A stretch of DNA of 60,604 bases from Rhizaria sp. SCN 62-66. Lineage: Eukaryota. This document shows, in pieces, positions 50,798-60,604 of the stretch. The notes beneath the pieces are model-generated. The model was not told where the DNA came from. It saw only the letters and a program-made list of their open reading frames with translations, and made no database searches. The stretch covers positions 62,001-122,604 of the forward strand of contig MEDY01000028.1 in assembly GCA_001724265.1 (NCBI GenBank). The letters run 5' to 3'. The translations under genes were made by a program, and so were the position numbers. Each line of letters begins with the position of its first letter. Within the stretch, counting starts at the first letter, position 1.

Positions 50798-52701
50798 ATG
50801 ATGTCTGCCGACCACGTTTCGGGCTCTGCCTCCGACGATGAGGACGAGGTGGTGCAGCGACTCCCCGTCTTCCTCTCGCAGGAGCTCGCCCACAACCTCT
50901 ACCTGCTCCAGTACCCGCTCCGCGCCAAGGACCGTCCCTACACTGATGTCGGTACGCTCCTTTCTGACACTGTTACCACATCCTTGTTTCATCTGCTGTT
51001 TGTTTTCAGGCCCATGTCACCTCTCAAAGCCAAACCCGTCGTTACACCCTCTCACACATCTTCTTTCTGTCTTGGCTCTTCCATGCTTCTCCATCACTTC
51101 GTGTTGGTGTTGCTCTATCCAGGCGAGCTGACGGCCGCGCGCGTGAAGCCTCGTCAACGGCGCGTGGAGCTGGACTACGAGTTCGACGCCGAGGCCGCGC
51201 ACATCGATCCCGACGCCGACTACGACATGCCCAAGCTCACGCTCGCGTCGCAGACTGTGCCGCCCAAGTCTAACTATGCCGTTGCGCTTGTACGCGGCGG
51301 ACGCGTTGTGCTCACCCCGCTGCACGCTATTTGCCGCATGACGCCCTCGTTCGAGCACGTTGAGAAGGCCCTCGATGAGGAGCGCGCTGACGCTGAGCGC
51401 AAGAAGGTACGCATGACAACCAACAGAAACAAAGCAAGATCGAATATAATAACACATTACTATTGGGATAGTTGTATGAGATACTATATGATGCCGAACT
51501 TCTCCCCGTTTGCATTCTCGCACTGCTGTGAACTCGATCTCGTTTCAAGAACGCCTGCATCCCACACCACATCACACTCATCTCAATCCATTTTCGATCG
51601 CATCATGTTGTTGTTTTTGTTGTTGTCACTGTTTAGAACAAGGGCGCCGAGGCCGGCGGCGAAGATGAGGCCTCCGAGCTGGCACCCGTGCTGGTTAAGT
51701 TCCGCCGCCAGCAGGGCGTCGGCGGCGAGCGCGGCCTCTCACGCCGCATGACGTACCAGTACCTCAAGCTGCTGCAGGCGCAGGAAGGCTGGGTCGATCT
51801 CAAGGTCCACGATGAAGACGCGCCGTCGACGCGCCACCAGCACGACAAGCTCGTGTTGCTCCCGCGCAACGACGTGCCGTTCGCCATGCGCGCGCGCGAG
51901 TTCGCCGAGTACATCGCGCCGTCGACCGATATGTTCGGCGGCGCAGGGTTTATGGGCGCCGGCAACTCTGCCGCCGCCGCCGCGGACTCGGCGGCGTCGT
52001 CCGCGGCCGCTTCTTTCCGCTCGCAGGGCTCCTTTGGCGCCGGCGGAGTCGGCGGGCTGCCCGCGCCGGCGTCCTCGCTGGGCCTCGCTGGCGGCGGTAT
52101 GCTTCCCGTGACGGGCTCCGGCATGCCGACCTTCGGCGGGCCGGGCGCGGGCGAGATCAGCGACGAGGCGCTCGCCGCTCGCGCACTGCAGCTGCTGCTT
52201 GCGGCCCGCGTCGCGTCGACCCGGCAGATCGTCGCCGCGCTCGGCGTCAAGACCGTGGAGATGCTGGAAATGCTTGTAGTGCGCATGACGCGCTTTGCGT
52301 ATATCGTGCAGGGCAACTGGGTGGTCAAGTCCGAGTCACTGTACGACCTCAAGCGCGTGCCGGCCGAGTACCGCCGGCTGCTCACACGTAACATGGCCAT
52401 CTCGGCGTTCGGCGCGCGCGGCAAGCTCACGCGTGATGAGCTCTACGAGGCGACGTCGGCGGAACCCGAGGTGATGAACCAGGTGCTGGCCGAGCTGGGC
52501 GTGCGCGGCGGCGAGCGCGGACTGATGTACGACGACGGCAAGGCCGACACGGATCTGCTGGACCAGGGCGAGGTCGTGTTCAAGATGGCGCGTGATAATG
52601 ATTTCCTGCATCATTTCCCCGACTTGGCGTCCGCGCAGGTTAAGGTCCTCGAGGCGCTCGAGACGCAGACGCGCGCGCTTCTTGTGCCATACAAGCAGTG
52701 A
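50798..52701 (+). CDS. POLR3E: RNA polymerase III subunit RPC5 (C37/Sin-like); exons 50798-50951, 51123-51406, 51637-52701
   Basis: DEVVQRLPVFLSQ...LYLLQYPLR, RVKP...VEL, NYAVA...LTPLH...MTPSF, IVQGNWVVKS. Two GTACGC introns. Ends in TGA. Confidence 0.88.
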
Positions 52702-53458
52702 ATACCAACTCTGTTATACGCACGTAGCTGCGAAGCACGAGCTTATAAGCAACACATCAACTAAGCACACGGATTGCTCACTTGTATCGAGGATGTGCGC
52801 TTTCGGGCCCCAGAGTGGCCAGAATTTATACAATTGCGTATTTCCGATTAAGTGCACAAATGCCTTCAATGGTGATGGTTTCAAGCGAAAAGCAATTGGG
52901 CATAATTTGACGTTATTTGCATTGTGCACGCAACAGCACATCAGCTTACTGTTTTGTAACCAGCAACATTGTCTCCACACGTCTGCAGCGCATTCGCATG
53001 ATGCACCGTCGGAAGTGCGTTTTAACTTATCGATATTAATATTCATAAACATGCAATTTTAGCACTGATATCTTGAGTAGTTGTCAAGTATCTTTAGTAA
53101 CTCGTTTTAACGCACTTGTACAAATCTACTGCGACGCCACTAGGCGGCATACTTTAGAAACGCGGCGGGCAAATATTGAAGCCGCCTTCCGTGACATCAA
53201 CATCACTACAATATTGTAGGATTTGAAACATGCCACGTGAAAACCGTTGACGTGGTGTAAATATAGCTTCCAGGAGCATATCGAAATCTCGTTGCTATGT
53301 CGCAGTAAGTCCGCTGACAAAGCTGCGGGATTGCTCTGCAAGTGACCGTGAGCACTTACCATGGTACGAGCGACCGACAAGCGACACGACGGTCACCACA
53401 CCTCCAAACCTGGCGAGCCAATCGATTCGCTTTCGTAGCAAAAAGCAAGTCTAACGCG

Positions 53459-55441
53459 ATGAGCCAGAACGTTCTTAGCCAGAACGTGGTTTCGGCCACG
53501 GAGAACAAGTCCGCCGAGGACAAGTACGTCACTTTATCACAGCTAAATATGCCCCGCAATACTTTGCCCGTCCGGAGGTCTCGATCTTCCCCTTCACCTC
53601 TTCGTTTCCCGCCTCTTGCTGGCACTTGCACCCGGACGGTTGACTTTATATCCATAATGATCAGTATGTTCAGCACGTTATTCGTGCCCTGCGCCAGGAA
53701 ATGCCGACGCTGCGTCGTTTTTGTTGCCCTAAACACGTCCTTCGCAGTTCCCGGCGATGTGGTTTCAGCAGACCCTCCTCGACGTCGGGCGACGTTCCAG
53801 TGCTTCCCCGGCTTTGTTTCTTCCAACAACAGTCTGAAAATGCACGAGTCCCAGTATTTCCACGGCTTGTTTCACATGACCCAAGTCGCGTTTCTTGGGT
53901 CTACGTCGGTTTTGCATGCGCATTGCTCTTTTACGACGACGAATCCCCGCTTTTGCGCCGCATCAAGCCGGATTCTCTCCGCACCTCCGTTTCACTCACA
54001 TCATTAGCTCACCTAACGCATTTTCCTTGCTATTTCTATTTACACAACCGTGTTCTACAGGAAGAACACCCTTACCGTCACTGACAACCGCACGGGCAAG
54101 CAGTACAACCTGCCGATCTATGCCAACACCGTCGACGGCAACGACGTGTTCAAGATCAAGGCCCCCACGGGCGCCGGTCTCCGCATGTTCGACCCCGGAT
54201 ACATGAACACGTGCTCTACCCGCTCTAAGGTCTGCTTCATTGACGGCGCAAAGGGTATCCTGCGCTACCGTGGCTACCCCATCGAGCAGCTCGCCGAGAA
54301 GTCTACCTTCCTTGAGGTCGCGTTCCTCCTCATCCACGGCGAGCTGCCGACCCCGCAGCAGTCTGCCTACTTCAACACCCGCGTGATGCGCCACACGTAC
54401 ATCCATGAGGAGCTGAAGAAGATGATGCGCTCGTTCCGCTACGACGCGCACCCCATGGGCATGGTCATGTCCACGGTCGCCGCCATGGGCACCTTCCACC
54501 CCGAGGCCAACCCGTCGCTCGCTGGCCAGGACTGCTATAAGGACATCACTCTCCGCAACAAGCAGGTCCACCGCGCGCTGGGCACCATGTCTACCATCTC
54601 GGCCTACGCCTACCGCCACCGCATCGGCCGCCCCCCGGTTGACCCGTCCAACTCGCTCGACTACGCCGAGAACTTCCTCTACATGCTCGACCGTCTCAAC
54701 CACAAGAACTTCAAGCCTCACCCGCGTCTCGCGCGCGCGCTTGACGTGCTCTTCATCCTGCACGCCGACCACGAGCAGAACGCGTCTACGGCCGCCATGC
54801 GCCACCTCACCTCGACCGGCGTCGACGTCTACTCCTGCCTCGCCGGCTCCGTCGCCGCGCTCTACGGCCCCCGCCACGGCGGCGCCAACGAGGCCGTGGT
54901 GCGCATGCTCGAGGAGATCGGCGACATCTCCAACATTCCCGCCTTCATCGAGGGCGTCAAGAACAAGACGCGCCGTCTCATGGGCTTCGGCCACCGCGTG
55001 TACAAGAACTACGACCCCCGTGCGCGCATCATCCGCACCATCGCCGAGGAGGTTTTCTCCATCCTCGGCAAGGAGCCGTTGATCGAGGTCGCCGTCGAGC
55101 TCGAGCGCATCGCGCTGTCGGACAAGTACTTCGTTGACCGCAAGCTCTACCCCAACGTCGACTTCTACTCCGGCCTCATCTACAAGGCGATGGGTTTCCC
55201 CACAGATTACTTCCCTGTGCTCTTCACCATCCCGCGCACGGCGGGCTGGCTCGCGCACTGGTACGAGTTCAACGACGACAAGGACAACCGCATCGTGCGC
55301 CCCTTCCAGATCTACGAGGGCTACGGCGCGCGCGACTACGTCCCCGAGGACGCCCGCGCGAGCGGGCCTACTGTCAAGGACGGCATCTTCTCCAACTCGT
55401 CCGCCGAGTCCAAGCGCCGCTCCGCCGGCTCCGACGTCTAA
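53459..55441 (+). CDS. Citrate synthase of the bacterial-like/peroxisomal type; exons 53459-53523 and 54061-55441
   Basis: DPGYMNT, IDG...GILRYRGYPIEQLA, HADHEQNAST, HGGANE, MGFGHRVYKNYDPRA, YPNVDFYSG. 537-nt GTACGT...CAG intron. Ends in TAA. Confidence 0.95.
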
Positions 55442-56082
55442 GCGCTCCGTGCGGACACGGAACCAGTGGACCATGCGTGCGTGCGTTTGTTGACACGTAT
55501 TTAACGACGATGCGATGAGAGCTATACTCTTTCTACGCGAGACGAGTCAGCACTTGCTGCTGCTGCATTTGTGCCCTCCTATGTAAGGACAGTGCTTTGT
55601 CGTATCGTCTTTCTTCTTTTTTCTCTTGTCCGTTTGTCTGTTTGCGCTAGTGACAAAGGAAACCTGCGCTGGTTTGCTCGTTTGTGGTGTCTTATATCTG
55701 AACGCAAGCTAGCTAGCAGCACACTAATGTAACATAACCGTTGTTTGTTGTTTGCTTCCAATCTGAGCACTTACCGTAACATCGCAAAAGCAACAGCCAC
55801 CTCAACATTAATATCTCAATAACAAACTATAATATGAACACCTGTCTCGTATTCAAATCATTTTCTGTCAATCGTCGCGTACGTGTTTGTTGGGGGGAGC
55901 TTGGCTGTGCAGAATACAAGTGCATTTCAAAACAGTATGACATATACCATATCCCGCCTTCATGTTCTAATGATTGTTTGTATGACAATATTATGAATAC
56001 TTTTGACTACTGTCTTGGCCATCGTTGTCGTTTAGAAATAAATGAATGAGTTAACACCACACAAACTACGCATCTCGACAAC

Positions 56083-56700
56083 TCACTTGTGCGCGTCAAT
56101 CTCCATGATCTCCTTCTCTGCATTGACCATTTCCTTGGCCAGCGCGGCGGACCTGAACTCTGCGGCGTCCTCCCCGGGCGCCGCTGAGGCCACAAGTACC
56201 GTACCCGCGGTCACGCTGCGCACGGTCTCGACGCGCGTCCCCGCGGCTGCGGCTGCCGCGGCGGCGGCGGGGGTCACGGGCGCACCCGTCTCGGCGTTGA
56301 GCGTCGCCACGGCCGGCTGCGGCGCAGCGCGGGCCTGGTCCAGTGCTAGTAGCAACGCGCGCGAGTGTGATAAAGCGGCTTGCTGGCAGGCACGGATTGT
56401 GCCGCCGACGTGGACACACGTGAGGGTGCACGGCCGGCCCTTGATCTTGCGCGTGGCCTTGAGCACGGACCACAGCAGACGGTAGTGGTCCCGCGATGCG
56501 CGCGCGATGACGAGCCCCGTGAGCGCGTTGTAGTATTTGACTGAGAGCGAAGAGGCGAGGCAGCCGGCGCCGTAGTCGCCCCACTGCGACTCGAGCGTCT
56601 GCGCAAGCGCGCGGTAGATGACGGCCGAGCCGAAGGACTGGTCGACCTGGCCGTCGTCAAACGACAGCACGCACAGCAGGTAGCGGTTCTTCACGCGCAT
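56083..56700 (-). CDS. POP5: RNase P/MRP subunit POP5 with Ala-rich C-terminal extension
   Basis: MRVKNRYL...WGDYG...SLSVKYYN...HVGGTIRACQ. Ends in TGA; the extreme 3' end could be spliced. Confidence 0.9.
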   Translation of the reverse strand: MRVKNRYLLCVLSFDDGQVDQSFGSAVIYRALAQTLESQWGDYGAGCLASSLSVKYYNALTGLVIARASRDHYRLLWSVLKATRKIKGRPCTLTCVHVGGTIRACQQAALSHSRALLLALDQARAAPQPAVATLNAETGAPVTPAAAAAAAAAGTRVETVRSVTAGTVLVASAAPGEDAAEFRSAALAKEMVNAEKEIMEIDAHK

Positions 56701-57357
56701 TGCGGGGCAATGTCAGATGTCAGGGACAGACTGCGCGGACTGGCTGCGGCGCGTACACTGCAGACTGCGGACTGCGAACGGGGACTGTGCGGTGGAGCGC
56801 GGCGAAGCTCGGGTCAGCTCAGCGCGGCGCGAGCGAGGTGCTGGAAGCTAAAGCTGCGTAAGCTAGATAGGCGATGGTCGGAGCCGCGCCGCTCAAGCAG
56901 ATCGTGAGGCGCGCGGGTGTTTGGTGCGGACTTGATGTGCTCGGCTGAGAGAGACGAGACGGGAGCCGAGTGTCTGCGTATGAAAGGTAACGAGAAAAGA
57001 AGATAGAATCCGATGTGAGGTGATTTCATTTTATGTCAAAATGAGACGATGCAATACTATAGATAACCCTTATTTTACACATCTGGGGGACGTTTTTATG
57101 TGGCTTGCAGCTCGATCCACGATGCCTCAGGTCAAGCCAGTCATCGTTTGTGGTCGCCGACGAGTCAGAGAACTTATCTTCGCTCTAAACACGTCCATAA
57201 TTGATCGATGTGTTTCCCACGCCCTGCCCATCTATATCCGAACTCCATGCATTTGGGTCTGTGTTATTTTCCTCTCACCGTCTTAACTTGTGCTCTTCCT
57301 GGCTTGTCTTCAAATCTTGCCATCATCCTCTCCTCTCCTCTCTCCCGCAGCTACAAC

Positions 57358-58794
57358 ATGTGTACGTCACTTTCTCAGGATGCAACTCAATTTCTAAGAT
57401 AAATCCGTGCATGAGCAGCACTCACCAATATCCTTGCTTTCTGAATGTTTTATATTGACTGTATAGCGAATATCCACGGCGTGCACTCCGGCAAGAAGGA
57501 CGACGACAAGAAGAGGAAGGACGTCGAGGAGTTCAACGTCGGTGGCGCTCAGTCCTCCACCGCCGTTCAGCGCCCGATCCGCACAGACGACTCGCTTACC
57601 GGCGACCTTGTCTCCCACGCCCGCGCTGCAGGTACGCGCCATAGCACTCACTTGGACGCAGCTCTAATATGCAACGTGAGCCGTTCTGTGTAGATTACTC
57701 GAATATGCGATAATCGTTGGATTTTTTTGCACATGTATTGTCGGTTGCGTTGAACTAATCTTCACCCGCGTATCTGTATCTGCTGGTTTGATTATATCTC
57801 ACATCCCTCACTCACCACGATCGTCACCCTAAATGTACTGATGTCTGTTTGTTACTGTCGCACCACGCTGTCATCACACTTAGGCCAGAATGCTGGCGAC
57901 GCCCCCGCTGAGATTGTTCTCTACCGCAACGGTTTTATTGTTGGCGGTGGCGCTTTCCGCGACCTCGCCAACCCCCAGAACCAGGGTACGTAGCACGACT
58001 AACATGAACAATTACTAATTCATGTGTGTATTCTGGCGATAGTTGTGCATTGATGTCATATCCATTACCTGTTGGTTGAAACATATCATATACTAATTTT
58101 TCTATCGTTGTGCTTTTGTTCTACGTTGCTACATGCTATATCTTAGCCATTCTGGCCCAGATCAAGAAGGGCGACGTGCCCCGCGAGATTGAGGCCGACC
58201 TTGCGGCCGCGGGCGCTGGCTCCGAAGGCGAGGTCGGCGTTGCCCTCGTCAACCGCACCACGGAGGACTATGTGGCGCCCAAGCCCAAGTTTGACTTCAA
58301 GACCTCGCAGGGCCAGTCGCTTGGCGGCGCGCCCGCTGGCCCCACGACGTCGTTCGCGTCTGCGCCGGCGCAGGAGCTCAAGCTCAAGGATGGCGAGCCC
58401 ACGGGCGTGGTGATGCTCGTGCTGCACCCGCGCGAGCGCGTGAAGCTGACTGTGAACGAGTCCACCACGGTGCGCCAGATTTACCAGCACATGAAAGCGC
58501 TGTCAAAGGTCGACCAGTTCCAGATGCTCGTACGTCCATAAGTTACTCGAGATGTATCAACTGGATTGTTGAAATTGATGCTATTTTCATGATTTCGTTT
58601 CATTAAGCACTCTTATTTACGTGATAATGTGTTATTATCAGTTGTTCATATCTCATCAAATTATGAACATCTTGTCTCCGTGTTCTGTCAATCTCGTACC
58701 GTAGGCTGGCTTCCCCCCCACTGCGCTGACGAACCCCGACGCCACCGTCAAGGAAGCCCGTCTCCTTAACTCTTCCGTCCAGCAGCAACTCTGA
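57358..58794 (+). CDS. SEP + UBX domain p97/Cdc48 cofactor (p47/Shp1-like, no UBA seen); exons 57358-57361, 57467-57631, 57884-57985, 58147-58529, 58705-58794
   Basis: FNVGG, LYRNGF...FR...N, KGDVPRE (SEP), GQSLGG (SHP box), GFPP...TVKEARL (UBX). Four GTACG introns give one continuous frame. Ends in TGA. Confidence 0.88.
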
Positions 58795-59199
58795 GCGCCC
58801 CTACAGACACTGACTCTGCCTAATATCGACATGCGCAAATGAACTTGTAATGCGGAACGTAAGACCGTAAGAATCAAGAACGTACAGTGCAGCTGCTATC
58901 CCAGCACCTTGCTCATCAATCTGGCTGATTTCGTACAATTGTTCTTAGCTTTCTGACGGTATCTGATCATGACCACATACATATGTACATCACAAAGCAA
59001 CTTAGTCCTTCAGACAATACAAAGTATAACTGTTTACTTCGCTTGAACAAGCATGTGTATTCGCTTTGTAGTAGTCACGAAACGAATGTGGGGCTAAATA
59101 TCATTGGAAAATCAAGATACACATTTAAAATAAAATTTGTTTGTCGAATGCATCCATATCAGTCAATGTGCAGATGGCTATGACTAGTCTGATTCACGT

Positions 59200-60031
59200 T
59201 TACTCAGACAGCTTAGCAACCGTGCGCTGCAGCAGCTCTGAGAACATCAGGTTCACTGCAGAGGTGAACGCAATAACAAAAACACAAAAGTATACGCGTG
59301 AGCAGCGGAGTAAAATAACATTTAGACTCAAACAGATTCGAGATGAGCTACTTAAGCGAATAAAAGTTGATGACGTACCGTCATGCCCCGACTTTGCCGA
59401 GGTCTCGTAGTAGCCAATGCTATGTGCGGCGGCCCAGCGGCGGCCCTCTTCCTCAGAGACCTGTCGCTGTGGCCCCGCGGCGTCGTCGTCAGCCTTGTTG
59501 GCGGCGACGACAGTGATGAGCGGGCGCGCGCCGTGCTTTTCGGCCTCGCGCAGCCACTTTTCGAGGTTTTCGAACGACGCGCGCGCCGTGACATCGTAGA
59601 CGAGCAGCATAGCCTGAGTGTGCTCGTAGAACTCGGTGCGCACATCAGCGAAGTCGGGGTCGCCGGAGAGGTCCCAGAAGTTGACGCGGACCTCAAGCGA
59701 GTCGTTTGTGCTGTTCCCGCCACTGCGAGTAGGAGGCAAGTCTAGCACCACAGGTCGCACGCCGAAGTCGACACCAATCGTCGAGATGTAGCGGGAGATA
59801 AACTTTTGCTCACAGTACCGCTTGATCAGGCATGATTTGCCCACGCCAGTGTCGCCTATAGTGTGTGCAGAGGCGATATGAGGTTTCAATGTGTGTTGTG
59901 AGTGAAGCGGGGAATATGGGTGACAAAACAAGGTCGTGTGCAGTCGGACTTCCGTCAGTGAATGAGTGGTTCTACGTACCTGCGCTAAGCAACTTGACTC
60001 GGATATATTTCCTTTCCGGTAGTGCCATCAT
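59200..60031 (-). CDS. RJL-family Ras-like GTPase (DNAJC27-related, no J domain); exons 60031-59980, 59855-59379, 59255-59200
   Basis: GDTGVGKSCLIKRYCE.KF...YISTIGVDFGV, WDLSGDP (lacks the catalytic Gln), NKAD, ETSAK; no C-terminal Cys. Ends in TAA. Confidence 0.85.
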
Positions 60032-60445
60032 TTGATATACCACCTCAAAAGCGTTGCCCAAGATGATTGATCGAGCCGTTATCGCGAGTTGAAGTTCGAT
60101 GCTGGCAGTTCGCAAAAAGTCGCGGCATTTGCTGGGCGGACGGCAAAGCACAGAGCCGCGCCAGATGGCTAACTTCAGAGCTGCACTCTACGATGAAAGT
60201 AACGTCAATAGGGGTCTGTTTATCACGATGACATTTTAGACATGTCTACCTATACTGTCTTTTAGTGACACCTTTTGTGCAAATGCTCATATATTAGCGC
60301 TAGACGTTTCTGTGAGCGGTCATTTTCGTGTTCACTGTACTTCGACGTTCCTTCACGTTTCGTCTTGCAACGTATATCAATTCATATCTGAGCGATTCCA
60401 CTCACATTTTCGATTACCACTTTCACTAAAACAACTTCCATATAG

Positions 60446-60604
60446 ATGTCTGGCGCCACTGTCAAGGATATCCCCGCTCAGAAGTTCGTCGCGACCCTCG
60501 CGGCCCACCTCAAGAAGTCTGGCAAGTACGAGCTCCCTGCCATGCACGACCTCATCAAGACCGGCTGCCACAAGGAGCTCCCTCCCCAGGACGCTGACTG
60601 GTAC
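60446..60604 (+). CDS. RPS19: 40S ribosomal protein eS19, 5' part (runs off the window)
   Basis: TVKDIPAQKFV...AAHLKKSGK...DLIKTGCHKELPPQDADWY. Confidence 0.93.
   Translation, partial: MSGATVKDIPAQKFVATLAAHLKKSGKYELPAMHDLIKTGCHKELPPQDADWY

Noticed and set aside
53342-53458. Upstream RQATRRSPHL as a PTS2 for citrate synthase
   Set aside because: Spacing is x6 rather than x5 and there is no in-frame ATG upstream.
55439-55504. Readthrough extension of citrate synthase ending in TRI as a cryptic PTS1
   Set aside because: The stop is TAA with no readthrough context, and TRI is not a canonical PTS1.

Overview
Gene-dense nuclear DNA from a eukaryote, most likely an aerobic flagellated protist (inferred from spliceosomal introns, mitochondrial Hsp60, L19 and carrier genes, and an RJL GTPase). 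Exons are GC-rich; introns and intergenic DNA are AT-richer. I can model 18 complete protein genes, a partial RPS19 and one probable pseudogene. Main result: four otherwise intact genes are interrupted by five in-frame TAG codons (3110, 7258, 8635, 13546, 32132), two of them within recognisable domains. None of the 18 gene models has an in-frame TAA/TGA or a frameshift, and all 18 end in TAA or TGA, never TAG. This points to a variant nuclear genetic code in which UAG alone is a rare sense codon (Gln or Glu most plausible) while UAA and UGA remain stops. Reading TAG as sense restores a ~1035-aa GT4 glycosyltransferase, a ~1780-aa CCCH-DEAH helicase-RBR ligase fusion, a ~5090-aa three-RRM low-complexity protein and a 587-aa MORN protein. 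Second signal: all 16 modelled introns start with GTACG(T/C). All calls come from manual reading and motif recognition; no searches were run.
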